DNA of 64,000 bases, taken from contig JAUZTB010000001.1 of NCBI GenBank assembly GCA_034780895.1, forward strand, positions 24,256,865 to 24,320,864, written 5' to 3'. Shown piece after piece: positions 25,761 to 38,445 of the stretch. The DNA is from Rhynchobatus australiae (taxonomy: Eukaryota). Each line of letters starts with the position of its first letter. Positions within the stretch are counted from its first letter, which is position 1. The notes beneath the pieces were generated by a model, which worked only from the letters and a program-made list of their open reading frames with translations, searched no databases and was not told the origin of the DNA. The position numbers and the translations under genes are program-made.

Positions 25761-26538
25761 TATGTAATGAAATGCTAATTTGAACATTAAAATCCATTTA
25801 TTTTAAGTTCTTACATAAGATTTCATTTAAATGAACTTATTAAAAGATTTCAAGTCAAGGAAATATTCTGTTCAAAGCATAAATCGTTAAAACATGGAAG
25901 GCATGTAATAAATCAGTTTTTTTGTAGTTCATGACAGACTTTTAATACCAATTATGAATCAATGGCTTGACAATAATTTTAAGAGACAATGGTCTCAGAA
26001 TTACATCTTGGATACAAATGTATGAATGCTTCAAATAGTCATGTGAATTTCTGCATACATTTTTCAATCATTATCCTACATCAACTCAAAGGGTTTAGAT
26101 TTTTGTTAAACCTTTATACTTTATTGTCTGAACATTCGATGCTTTGTGGTGAAGCAGAATTCTGTTTACAGTTTTCCATTGATCTTTTGAGAAGCTGCTT
26201 TTATTTATTACTGGAGGTTTTCAGCACGATATTGTCTCAGCAGATCTGTAATATGGATGAATAAGCCAGACAATGTGACTTTTCAGCAGATCATATGAAT
26301 GAAAGCTTACTGAGCAGAGTACAAATTAGAATTATTTAAATTAACATAAAATCATTTAAAATATTGAAATAAAGGGAAAGAATTGAAAATGAAATAAAAG
26401 AGCCAAAGAAAAGGGTAAAAAAAATAAAATCCTCAACAACAGCTAGATTTTCAAGAATTGAAACTCGCCATGAGTAAATCTGTACTTTCAAGGCCAAAGG
26501 TGTCATATGGTAAAAATGTATGTCTACCACACCATTAG

Positions 26539-26876
26539 AGGTGGCTCAGTGGCACAACTGGTGGAGCTTCTGTCTTATTTAGGTAGAAGAGTAAGGAAGA
26601 CTTTGAATCCAAACCTCTAGTGCTGTTTGTATGGAGTTTCCACATTCTTCCAATAGCTATGTGGGCTTCCACTGGGTATTTTGGTTTCCTCCCACATACT
26701 AAAGACGTGCAGTTTGGTAGGTTAATTGATTAAATTTCCCCCAATATGTAGAAGAGTGGTAGAACCCAAGGGCAGTTAATAGGAAAGTGGGGCGAATAAA
26801 ATGAGATGAGTACAAATCAGTGGTTGATGGTTGGTGCAAACAGGCGAAAGGGCCTGCTTCCATGCTGTATGCTACC
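26539..26876 (+). mobile_element. HE1-type V-SINE, near full length
   Basis: tRNA-like head ggtggctcagtggcacaactggtggagc, V-domain tgtatggagtttccacattcttcc...ggtttcctcccacatactaaagacgtgc, and CR1-like tail gcgaaagggcctgcttccatgctgtat. Confidence 0.85.
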
Positions 26877-28329
26877 AGAAATAAACACACGCGAACCAGC
26901 ACTAACATTGTGTGTTTAGTGAGCATCCGGGGGAAGCACTCCAACAGAATACTCTCCATATATTTCAGTTCCAGATTCCTTGGCAACGTGAATATAAGGG
27001 AGCTGTAAGCACATCTAATCATGTGTGTGTTAAATTCTGATAAACAGACTGTAAAAGTATCAGAATCTTAATATGTACTCATATTACTTTCAATATTAGA
27101 AGAACAAAAGCTATATTATAAGAATCCACATAATCATGAATGTTTCTGATGAACATATTTTCTTCAGTAACTTAAATTTAATTACAGAGCCAAATGAATC
27201 TGATTTCATCCAACAAATCAACTTCAGAAGGTGCTGAAATTAAACAAAGCTATTTCTTTTAAATATGTCATTAGATACAGTCAGGTTCTCTTATTACACA
27301 AATATTGTACATATAATTCAAGGAAGGGAAAATATTTATATTGCTTGATGAGGTGACCAGTACATTTGTGATAAGATTTCTACTCTTCGTCAACACCACT
27401 TTATTTTGCAATCTNNNNNNNNNNNNACTTTCCAGTGTAAGCACACTTTATACATTGTGATCTTGTAACATAGATTGCACATCAAGCAAGCAAGCTTATT
27501 TAGTTTTACCAATGCAATACACCTTTGATTAAACTAAAATATTTAATTTGAACATATATGTAATATGAAAGGAACATCAAAATACAGTCTTTACTTCCAG
27601 CACCAGGTATAAACTGAATAATTCATGGAATCCCATCATATCTTATATAACCAATTGTGATTTTTTTATTGGGTAAATTAGGGAACTTTTACATTTAAGC
27701 TCAGTTATTCCTAGAAATTCCAAGAGCCTGGTTTACAATTTACTTCTCATTCTTTTGTATTTTATTATTGTTTTGAAGATAACATTTTCAAGGTTCTTTA
27801 TTTGCTTTCATTTAGCAACCCCCATCTTATTTTTTGATGGCATCTCTCTTATAATGTGTGGTATTCAACTTCAGGCCAACTATGCATTTTTTCAGTTTGT
27901 GTATTTGCTGAATTACAAGGGATGCACAAGGTTGATCCACAGGTACTTGGTAGTCTGGTTCAATTTTTACAACAAATTATTTCATGGTGGAAATGTATAA
28001 AATATTTATATTTGAAACTCATGGTTTCTGATTGGATACCCATTGCGCATTTCATCACATTTCACAAAATTTACCCATGTCTGCCAATATATAAATAAAC
28101 ACAAATTGTAACTCACTTAAGTAGGTTTCAGTCCATAGTAAAAGGCCTCCTGTGCACCCCAATTTAATTTGCTTCTCCGTCAGCTTCCAGGTCTTCAGTT
28201 GCTTGGGTGTTGTTTTTATCGAATTCCCCCTCCAAACCTCTCTATAAACATTGCTCCTTAAAACGCATCTGTACATTGCTCCTCACCATCATTTCTGTGA
28301 CCCAGGCTAAGTTGTTTCTTTCTCTCTCA

Positions 28330-28412
28330 GTTCTGTTGACCTACAACATTAACTGTTATCTTTCCACCAATGCTGGCCAACTTGCTGAGTTTTTTCTTGC
28401 ATTTTCTGTTTT
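28330..28412 (+). mobile_element. Penelope-derived terminal fragment
   Basis: ttgacctacaacattaactgttatctttccaccaatgctggccaacttgctgagttttt. Confidence 0.5.
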
Positions 28413-28717
28413 CTTCTTAAAGCACATGATTTTAAACAAACATTTGGCTACCTGTTAAAATAGATGCTTATATGGCTTGGTGATAATTTCCCTTTGATAA
28501 CTTTGGCTCCTTTGAAGTACCTATAACTTCATTTATTTTGTTGTGGGTGCTGTAACAATGCATGTGCTTTGTATGTAGTTATTTCTGTGACTCACCCATA
28601 TTATGTATTATTCATAATATGGGGTGAGACAACAAAATCTTGATGCAATAATTTGTAAGTTTTGGGGTCAAATTTAATTGAAATCTCTTCCTCATTGAAT
28701 GNNNNNNNNNNNNNNNN

Positions 28718-29005
28718 AAGAACACGAGAACCAGAGGTAGAAGTGGGGCATTCTTTAAGCCATAGCTCATCATTAACCTCAGTGCCATCTGCCTGGACTA
28801 TAATCCATAATTTCATTAATATCCAGAAATATTTTGATCTCATTTTTGAATGAACTCAATGCCTAAATCTCCACAACTCTTTGCGATAGGAGAATTAAAA
28901 AATTTCTCCAATTCTGTCTTATCCTAAGATGATAAACTAATTCCAGAGTCCTTAGCCCAGAGAAATATTCTCTCTGCATCAGTGCTTAGCCCTTTAAGAT
29001 TTTTG
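28718..29005 (-). mobile_element. Old CR1 3' end
   Basis: aagaacacgagaaccagaggtagaagtggggcattc...ttgaatgaactcaatgcctaaatctccacaactctttgcgatagg. Confidence 0.55.
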
Positions 29006-29159
29006 TTTTAATTTTTAAAGACAATACTTCTCTTTTTTTTTAAATTTTAAAGAATACAGACCCAATTTCCACATAGCAGAAACCTGCCATCCCAGGAACC
29101 AGGCTGATGAATCTTTGTTGGGCTTCCACTGAGCCAAATAAATCTTTTTTTCTGAGTTT

Positions 29160-29620
29160 GGCACCACACTGGAACAACTAGTAGAGCTGCTATCCTACAG
29201 CTCCAGTGACTTGGGCTCAATCTTAAGCTCTGGTGCTGTTTCAAGCTGCGTGAAGCTTCCACATTTTCCCTCTGACCACACAGGTATCCTCTAGGTGCTC
29301 TGGTTTCCTTCCACATCCTAAAGACATACAGGTGGGTCAGTTAATCGGCCACTGTAAATTGCCAATAATGTGTAGAACCTGGGGGCAGTTGATGGGAAGG
29401 TGGGAAAAAATAAAATGGGGTTAGTGTAAATGGGTGTTTTATGGTCNNNNNNNNNNNNNNNNNNNNNNNNNNNNNNNNNNNNNNNNNNNNNNNNNNNNNN
29501 NNNNNNNNNNNNNNNNNNNNNNNNNNNNNNNNNNNNNNNNNNNNNNGGTGGGAAAAAATAAAATGGGGTTTGTGTAAATGGGTGTTTTATGGTCCATGAG
29601 CCAAAGGACCTGTGTTGCTG
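29160..29620 (+). mobile_element. HE1-type V-SINE, split by a gap with duplicated flanks
   Basis: ggcaccacactggaacaactagtagagctgct...ggtgctctggtttccttccacatcctaaagacatacagg. Confidence 0.85.
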
Positions 29621-29799
29621 AAATAAAAATAGGAAAACAAAACGGTGCACAATTCTCCAGATCTAACCCAAGGCCCTATATGGTTTCAGTGAAATATCTT
29701 CACTCTTCTATTCAAGTTCTCATTCTAGAGGCCAATATACTATTTGCCTTCTTAATTGCACCTGCATTTTAGTTTTCAGTGAGACAGATGATGGATTAG

Positions 29800-31372
29800 T
29801 TTTAATTTTCCACAATTCCCTATGTTCAGGGAATGCTCCATTAGATTGGAAACAGCAAATGTAATTTATTTATTAAAAAGGGAGAGAATCAGAAAGGAGG
29901 AATGTACTGCTCAGCATCTGTGATATGGAAACGACTGGAAGCTATTATTAAAGAAATTACAATAGAAAAAAATGAAGTTTCTCTGGCAAAGTCAACATGG
30001 TTTTGTGAAAAGAAAATTAACGTTTGACCAATCTGTTGGAGTTCTTTGAGAAAACATGGGTAAAGGGATGGTGGATATACTTAGATTTCCAGAAAGCATT
30101 TGATCAGGTGCCACACCAAAGGTTATGGCATAAAATAAAAGCTCATGGTCGGGAAGGTAACTTATTCATGTGGACAAAAGATTTGTAGGCTGACAGGAAG
30201 TACAGAGTAAGCACAATTATGTCATTTTTCTGGTTGGTAAGATGTAATGAGTGGTACTGGGGTTTAACTTTTTTAGTTTTTTAAAAAAAACATTTGGATG
30301 AAGGCACCAAAGTTATCACTGCTAAATTTGCTGATGACATTAAATAGGTAGTAAAGTAAGTTGCAAAGAGCACAGAAGGAGATTCCAAAGGCAGAGAGAT
30401 AGGTTAAGTAAATGGGCAAAAATGTGGCAGCTGGATCATAGTATGTGAAAACATGAAGCTCTTCATTATTGTAAGAATTAAAAAAGCTTGTTTACTCAAT
30501 AGTGAGAAAATGCAGAACTCTGTGATGCACAGGAATCTCAATGTCCTTGAGTATGATTTACAAAAGGCGAGTATGCAATTAATGCAGAAAGTTAACTGAT
30601 ATTATTGTTTATTGCTTGAGGAACCAAATGGAGATTTTACCTCAGTTATATAGGGTATCAGTGAGAGCACATCTAGAGTGTTGTGTACATTGGTGTCCTT
30701 ATTTAAGGAGAGATGTTGATGCATTGAAAGCAGTTCAGAAAAGATTTACTCGACTGATACCAGAAGTGGCTGGAGGCGAGAGGGGTGTTGTCGGAATTGT
30801 CATATGAGGACAGTTGGACAGACTAGGCTTGCATCCATTGGATTCCAGAAGAACAAGAAGGGACTTGATTAAAACATAAAAGTTCTTGAGGACTTTAACA
30901 GGGTGGATGTGGAGAGGATGGTTCATCTTGTGGGAAAATCTGGAAATAGGGTTCANNNNNNNNNNNNNNNNNNNNNNNNNNNNNNNNNNNNNNNNNNNNN
31001 NNNNNNNNNNNNNNNNNNNNNNNNNNNNNNNNNNNNNNNNNNNNNNNNNNNNNNNCACAGGTTAAAATTAAAGTGTCTCAAATAAATGACAGATGAGGCA
31101 TTTTTGTTTTTACTTTTTCAGAGGGTGTGAGTCTTTGAAACTCTCTTCCTCAGACAGTATTGGAAGCAGTGTCTTTGAGTATTTTTAAGGCAGAGGTAGA
31201 ATGATTTCTGTTATGCAAGAGGATGTAATATTACTCACGCAAGAGGATGTAATGTTACTCTGGGCAGACAGGAACATGGAGTTAAAGTTATGGTCCAATC
31301 AACCATGATCTCATTAAATGGCAGAATAGAATTTAGAAGCAGCCAATTCCTGCTCCTAAGTTAAATGTCTAT
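29800..31372 (+). mobile_element. Decayed CR1 RT plus 3' end (about 1.5 kb)
   Basis: SQHGFVK...LTNLLEFFE...YLDFQKAFDQVPHQRLWHKIKAHG...KFADDIK...LYRVSVRAHLECCVHWCPYLRRDVDALKAVQKRFTRLIP, then a CR1 3' UTR. Confidence 0.9.
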
Positions 31373-31559
31373 TGTACCTTTTAATATAATTTCCCAGTCA
31401 ATGGCAAGGAAACATTTGTAGTTTTCCTTGTTTAGATTTAAGCCTCTTGTTTCCATTTGAACTAAACAACTTTCAAACTCAAATAAAATTTTGTCATAAT
31501 ATGGTTACTTTTCCCTGAAACTCACTTTACAATGATGAATTAACCCTTTCTCATTGCAC

Positions 31560-31770
31560 AGTGCTGGATCTTAATATGGCCTTCTCCTCAGTTCATTTAT
31601 CTTTCCTTTTTCTTTGTCTGTCCTTAATGTTGAATATCCTTGAAGATTCAGCTCTAGCTTTGGTCACCCTGAAGTCATGTTTTTGTGTTTGCTACTAAGT
31701 CCTTTTTTCTATTTGTGGCATTAATTTATCCACCTTGTTAGAAATACTGTGTGCATTTCGACACAGTGTT
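31560..31770 (-). mobile_element. CR1 ORF2 N-terminal endonuclease fragment
   Basis: Reverse strand reads LCRNAHSISNKVDKLMPQI, resembling YLNARSIRNKVDEL. Confidence 0.6.
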
Positions 31771-31918
31771 TTTAATTTTAATAATCATCCACTTATGAAG
31801 GAAGAATTGGTTATGATTTATGTTTGAGTGTATCGTGTAGAGGATTATTACCATTCCATCTTAAATCATTGATCTTCCAACTGCCCGTTTAAAAAGCATC
31901 TCTTATTGATTTTCTCAG

Positions 31919-32062
31919 TTAGAAGTCATGCTTGCGAACTGGATCTGTATGGCAAACCTGGAGGATGCTCTGACATCTGCCTGCTCAGCAGCAGCCACAA
32001 AGCAAAGACATGTCGATGCAGGACTGGCTACAGCTTAGGAAATGATGGGAAGTCGTGCAAAA
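31919..32062 (+). CDS. LRP1B: LRP1B coding exon (exon 10 equivalent, 144 bp), EGF-like module
   Basis: Acceptor tttctcag|TT and donor AAA A|gtaagt. Translates (V)[47 protein letters not shown], with six EGF cysteines. Phase 1 to 1. Absent from the ORF track. Confidence 0.95.
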
Positions 32063-32699
32063 GTAAGTCATGACACCATATTGCTCTACAGCTCGAAAAC
32101 ATCCTGCTAAAAATCTCTTTGCATTTCAGTCAAACAGTACACATTCATTGAGCACCACATAGAAACTGTATGTATTGATAGTTAACTGTGTCCTCTGCCT
32201 ATTTTTCCACCTTTCATAGGCACTTCACATTGATCAAATGTTGCTTTTGTTAGATTAATACATTGCACACATCAGTGATCAGTAGACAGATATAAGATCT
32301 GAATTGTCAATTGGTCCATAATGACAAATTTTAATAACTTTTTTGGTGTACTTGTGTCTTAGACTGCATTGTGTAGTTTTACATAAACTCACCTAAGCCT
32401 AGGAGCATCATGGAATATATCTGTTTATTCTGACAACTAACACCCAGTTTCACTCCACAACACAAAACATACAGTATTGGAACAATCTACCATGTAACAC
32501 ACATGACATAGATTCTTTAAACACCAACAGCCTTAAAGAAACTATAACATTTTGTTTCTTTATCAATAGAGATATAGAATGCTACTTATTTGAAATGAAA
32601 ATGAACATACTGTAATCAACGGGTGAATATACTCATGTTTAGAAACTGTGAAATTAGTTAGTCAATAATTTTACAATTATGAGTAGCAAGTCTAATGAA

Positions 32700-33720
32700 T
32701 AGCATCTGGAATTCTATCATATCATGGTCACTACCTTCTAGGGGATCTTTAATCACAAAATGGTTAATCCAAGAAGGATTAATCCTTCCTCATTACTCAT
32801 GACCAAATCTTGCCAGTCCAATTAATATGTAGATTAAAATCTCCCATGAAAATTGTAGTTCCCTTTAAATATGTCCCATCTATTATCCACATTTTTTCAC
32901 CCCCCATTAAGAAGTCACATTTTGGGGCCCATGGACAACTCCCACCCATGTCACAAGGATGTTGCTTGGATGAGAGGGCCTGAGTTATAGAGAGAAGTTG
33001 GCCATGCTAGATCTTTATTCCTTGGAGCGTTGGAGAATGAGGGATAACCAAACAGAAGTTTATAAAATCATGAGGGGTATGGATAAAGTGGACAGTCATA
33101 GTCTTTTCCCCAGGGTTGGGAAATCCAAAACTAGAGGGCAAAGGTACAAGATAAGAAGGGAGCAATTTCAGGGAGACATGAGAGATGGCTTCTTTACACA
33201 GAGGGTAGTGAGTGCATGGAATGAGCTGCCAGAGGAAGTGGTTGAGGCAGGTACAAATGCAACACTTAAGAGGCATTTGGACAGGTACATGGAGAGGAGG
33301 GGCTTTGAGAGTTAGGGGCCGAACATGGGCAACTGGGACTAGCAGGGAGGATGCTGTGATTGGCATGCACTAGTTGGGCTGAAAGACCTGTTTCCATGTC
33401 GTATTACTCTATTACTCTGTGATTCTTCTTTCCCATGCTTTTCATAATTTCCACCCAAACCAATTTCACATTACTATTCACTGCCTTTACATCATAACTC
33501 AACACCTCTCTAATACTTTCCTTGATTAGCAAAGCTAATCTGCCTCCTTTTTCTTTTGGCCTGTTTATTTGGAACATTGTAAAACCTGGAATATTGAACA
33601 GCCATTCCTTGTCACCCTGCAAAGATGTCTCTTCAATAGCTATTAGATCATACTCAAATGTTGCTATTTATGCTGTCAACTCATCTATCTCATTGCAGTG
33701 CTGCACCCATTCAAATAAAA
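32700..33720 (-). mobile_element. Old CR1 endonuclease fragment, interrupted by a younger + strand CR1
   Basis: QGDKEWLFNIPGF...KGGRLALLIKE...VWVEIMKSMGKK, then the insertion, then TWVGVVHGP...TIFMGDFNLHINW. Confidence 0.8.
32952..33425 (+). mobile_element. CR1 LINE 3' end (nested insertion)
   Basis: LDLYSLERWRMRDNQTEVYKIMRGMDKVDSHSLFPRVGKSKTRG...FFTQRVVSAWNELPEEVVEAG...LKRHLDRYM, with an (attactct)n tail. Confidence 0.92.
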
Positions 33721-36700
33721 ACCCCAAAGCTTCATTTATTTTTTTTGTTTTTATAATTCAGGGATTTAATCTTTCAAAAGAGAAGACTTTTGTTCCATAC
33801 CTGCTTGGGCCCAAATTCAAGACTTAAGCCATAACTTAAGAGCAAAGCTTCTTCACATTACCACTTCCAATAATGAATTCTCTGTCAGAATTTTCAGTCA
33901 TGTGTTAAAGATGAAATGATTTAAAATGTGTATTGTATGTTCCAGTTGCACTGATATAAATATTGAATTATTAATGTAATAAATGAGAAATAATTCTAGT
34001 AGCATTTTACAAGAATCATAGCTGTCTGATCAATAATAAACTATTCATTTCCTATTCTATGATATTTACTGTATCCAGCTCAAACAATGTCAATATTATC
34101 AACAACCAGCTGAATTCAGTTCTCCAAGACAGGATAAAGATGCCTGCCACCGATCAAGCTGGGCATTTTATTAACTTGCTTATACTCATACTTTACTTAC
34201 CATAATCAAAACCAGGGGAAATTAGTCCAAGAAAGAAAGAAAATAAACCTTTGATATTGCCAGGTAGTTCATCACTGGGATTGAAATGGGCCTCATGAGA
34301 TCAGATACAATGAGAAAGCAGATAAACAATGAAAGGTGGCAATGAAAGGATTATGCACACTGATATTGGAAAGTAGGGAATTACTTTGTTTTTCACTCTA
34401 ACAAAGCTGTTAAGCCCCTGGGTGCTTGGTGAGTGCCATTATCTATTATAGGCCACAAAACATCTTTCAATTGTCTCGTAGCCTTTTTGTACAATCGTTG
34501 CAGAAACATTTATCACCTAAACCTTCCTATACCCTTTTCAAATCATCCACCTTTGTCCATCCCTCTTTTCAATATTTGTTGTATTGCAAGAATAAAACAT
34601 AAATTGATTGTTTTTTTTCTCTTGGAATCAGCAATTTCACTTGAGTAACCAAAGCACATTATAGCGTTTTGATCCAAACTTTTTGGGGTTTGATTCTTTT
34701 AATCTGCCCTTCACTGGGAATAACAGCGAGCGATGGGCACACTAAGTTTGCATGTGGGTTTGTGTGGGGTCAGATTCTTTTGCATGATTGATGCTATCAA
34801 TCCTTAACTTTTATGAGCACCTCCCTTTTTTAAGTCACTTTAAGGTTTTTGTCCTTACTATGAAATGTCATATAGGAATAGAGCATTTTCAATGTAAACT
34901 CCCTCTCAGAAACAATTTTCCCCTTCAGTGGTCTTCTCTTTTGACAATAGGGAAAGTGTTGCATTGATATTTTGAAAAAAAATATTAACTGTTAGATGCC
35001 TGTCATTTTAAATGACATTTATATCTGTAAAGATTAGTATAGATTTTCTGTAATTTAACAGAGAAAATTTTAGTTCATTATTTTGGTCCATTGGTGTAAG
35101 TTCACTTATTGAGAATCTTTGAAAGTACCAGGAAAAGCAAACAAATCAGTTAGTAAAAGAGATGGTATTATATGTGTGGTCATATGAGGTCCCATATTTC
35201 ATTGAGGGCAAATAATGCAGTTTGAGTGTTGATCCTTTTCAGGGTAAGCTCAGTATCAGGTGAAACAGGGTCAGGGGGTACTGGTTGCTCAATGAGTGAA
35301 TAATAACCATCATTATTCATAACTAGGAGGATAAAAATCTCACTGGAGATTTTTCATGTTCTCTATTGTTAAAGTTATTTGGAGAACTTTACACATGAAA
35401 AATTACAAAGGAGAACAAAAATCCTGTATAAACATGAGGTGAATTTTTCAATGGTTGCTAAGTCACAGAAGAATATGTGTAAAAGGTTAACCTAATTTTC
35501 ATCAGTATGATGTTTTCATATGGAGGAATGTGAACAGATTTCTCACCCATTGTATCTGATCTAATATCTGAGAGGGATTTCATGTTATTCAATTGAAATA
35601 TGAATAACTCATGTTCTATATTTTATCTGCAGCTGTATTGTATTAAGATTTTGTTTATCCCCAACAAATTTTGAACTAACTATTGTATTCCAATGAAGTA
35701 CCATATCTATAGCTCTAAGGGAGTTAGACCAGAAATATCCTTCACCAGTGTATCAGTTGCCTCTCACTTTTGGTGATCTTGAGCCAGCTTGATATATCAT
35801 GGAGGTTTAATATAACTGATGAAATGATTACTTTCCCTCTTTCAAAAGAACAGTTAAGCTTGTTGCTATTAGACTACAAGACCACTGATCCTTTGGCTAT
35901 TTATTAAATCTGTTTTGTAGTTTTAACTTATGTTGTGGTCCAACGGCATTTTTTTTACTTTTCTGACTTCTGAAGTCAGNNNNNNNNNNNNNNNNNNNNN
36001 NNNNNNNNNNNNNNNNNNNNNNNNNNNNNNNNNNNNNNNNNNNNNNNNNNNNNNNNNNNNNNNNNNNNNNNNNNNNNNNGAAGTCAGGGAGTTCATAACT
36101 TATCCAGGAAGTAAAAATTTAATGATGGGGGCTTCCTGCTTGACCACTGAGCGTATTGCACATATTCTGATATTGGAAAGGGAAAGGAACCCTCCAGGTC
36201 ATAAGGACTGAAGGTCCACCTGAAGGAGATATTTAAGAAGTTGAACACAAAAAAAAACATTTCATTGAACTTGATGATACAGTTTTGGATGGATTAAAAT
36301 TTCACTTCCATCAGTCAAATTTGGAGTAATTGTTTATACCAATTGTTTCAACTCATTATCAGTACCTCAGGACTTCTCCCAGGGACTTAGCAATATTATT
36401 GTAAACATTAATGAATTTAGCATTATATCTTTGCAATTATTTTAGAACCACAAAGTATTATACTACTAATCAGCAGAGTTGGTTCTGAGATTGGGTAAAA
36501 AGCTTATTATTGGAAAAGATCATGGGGAGGTGCTTTATATGTATATACTTTATTTATACACTTTTTATACATGCCTGGTAGTATCACCCTTTTTTATTGG
36601 CAGGGTCAAAGATTTCTCATGTCCCTGGGACCATCATTTTTAAGTGTACAAAGTTAATTTATGTGTGGATTATATTGACTGATTAATTGACTGAAGAGGT

Positions 36701-37239
36701 AAAGTCCAACAATGAAAATGAAATGATTTCTGCCTGGAAACTACAGACCAAAATATTCCTGGACAACCAAATCCAGCTTGTTTCACAGCCAAACATTTCT
36801 GGGTGGGAGTTACTCTTGCAATCCAGTGTGATTTTAGCATCAGTTGCACTGACCCACTTTAGCACCAGTTGTTCTGGGAGCAAACATCATTGGCATACTT
36901 GGGAAAACAGTACCATAGTGCTGAATTAGGAGTGTGCTACAATAACCACCTTACCTACTATTCATCCTTTGGATCCTCCCACCCCACCCCTATACCACCA
37001 CTGCAAGCACTGATTAGATCAGACAGTCACTTTCCTATTCCATTCCACATACTTCCCTAATCACATGCCCNNNNNNNNNNNNNNNNNNNNNNNNNNNNNN
37101 NNNNNNNNNNNNNNNNNNNNNNNNNNNNNNNNNNNNNNNNNNNNNNNNNNNNNNNNNNNNNNNNNNNNNNTCTTCTGCTTTTTGTCTGCCCAGAATAAGC
37201 ATTTTCCCTTCCTCCTCTCCCTCAGAGCCAATCTTCATG

Positions 37240-37800
37240 GACACACTTCTGTTGCAAAAAAAAATGACTAAAACCTGCATCTGGCAGCCCATACCAAGAC
37301 TGTTGTTGGTGCCCTGTTGCAGTGTTGTTCTAACATCACTCTTTGGGTGCATGAGAATGTATAGACATGTGCATTATTATTTTTCATGCTGTGTGAATGC
37401 AGAATCTTTTGTGAGCCCATTTGCAGGTTTCAGTATGTTGAGTGGGACAGGGAGGGTTATTGTCTGGGATAATTCCTTTAATTCCTCTCTGAAGATATTG
37501 GGTAGATTATATTTACCTTAGTTGTTTGACAGACAACCTCCATCTATCTGCGGCTCCTTATTCAGGTCATCTCCAACTTCCATGCCTGTGCATAGAAATG
37601 AGGAATTTGAAGACAAGCCAATGATCACATACTTCCATGGTTCATTTCCCGTTCTGCCACTGAACTCACCACTGAATCCAAGGCAAAGTGAACATATTCA
37701 CAATCAATCCCTCATCAATACAGCAAAATGTTGGCACCAAAGCTATCTGGAAGTGAAGACATGCAGCCATACAGTTGTTAGAAATAAAAACTCCTTTAAA
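37240..37800 (+). mobile_element. Probable ancient PIF/Harbinger transposase fossil
   Basis: FAGFSMLSG and SPLNPRQSEHIHNQSLINTAK..QSY..VK resemble HARBI1-type AGFPRVQG and TPLRNPxTEAERRYNxSHxxTRxxIEQxIGxLK. Confidence 0.35.
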
Positions 37801-38257
37801 GTCCAGTAGTAAAAACTGCTCAGGGGTCTCCCTCATCAAGTTTCACTGGACAGGTTGAGGGAATGACTTNNNNNNNNNNNNNNNNNNNNNNNNNNNNNNN
37901 NNNNNNNNNNNNNNNNNNNNNNNNNNNNNNNNNNNNNNNNNNNNNNNNNNNNNNNNNNNNNNNNNNNNNGACTTTTTGTTGTGCATGACAGCAGTTTCAT
38001 AAGAAGTGCATGAATGAAGGATAATACCTGTATTTGTTTCATGTGCTGTGTAGGATGGTAATTGAATGACTAAATCAATGTGGTATCAAGTGTATTTCTA
38101 GGAAAGGGTGAAAAATCCCTTATTTGTGTTTTTAGTATAGGATCAAATTAAATGATAAGATAGCTTTGTTCAATACCTGCTGTGTAATAGTAGATTTTGT
38201 TTAAATGCCATAATATACATATTTTATTTTAAAACAGGGAAATCTAAATATCCCTTT

Positions 38258-38445
38258 GCATATGTATCTTCCTGATGCCAACTAGTGATTATGCATGTGT
38301 CTTATTTCAGCTTTTAGCAATGCATGTGTTTTCCTTCCATCAATTAGTATTTGAACATATGGTTTTCTCATCCCAGCTGGTAAATGTGCACGTGTCTTCC
38401 TTTTTCCAACTGGTGACTGCAGACGTATCTTTCTTATTTTGCCAA
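38258..38445. repeat. Degenerate about 33-bp minisatellite, about 6 units
   Basis: Units start gcatatgt / gcatgtgt / gcatgtgt / acatatgg / gcacgtgt / agacgtat, each followed by a pyrimidine run and caactag / cagctt / caattag / cagctgg / caactgg. Confidence 0.7.

Noticed and set aside
26539-26620. tRNA genes
   Set aside because: The tRNA-like segments are decayed SINE heads followed by V-domain and LINE-derived tails, with no intact cloverleaf.
31215-31260. 24-bp tandem duplication gcaagaggatgtaat(a/g)ttactc (similarly ccatacttggagtatt twice at about 50069-50103)
   Set aside because: Ordinary slippage duplications inside dead CR1 copies.
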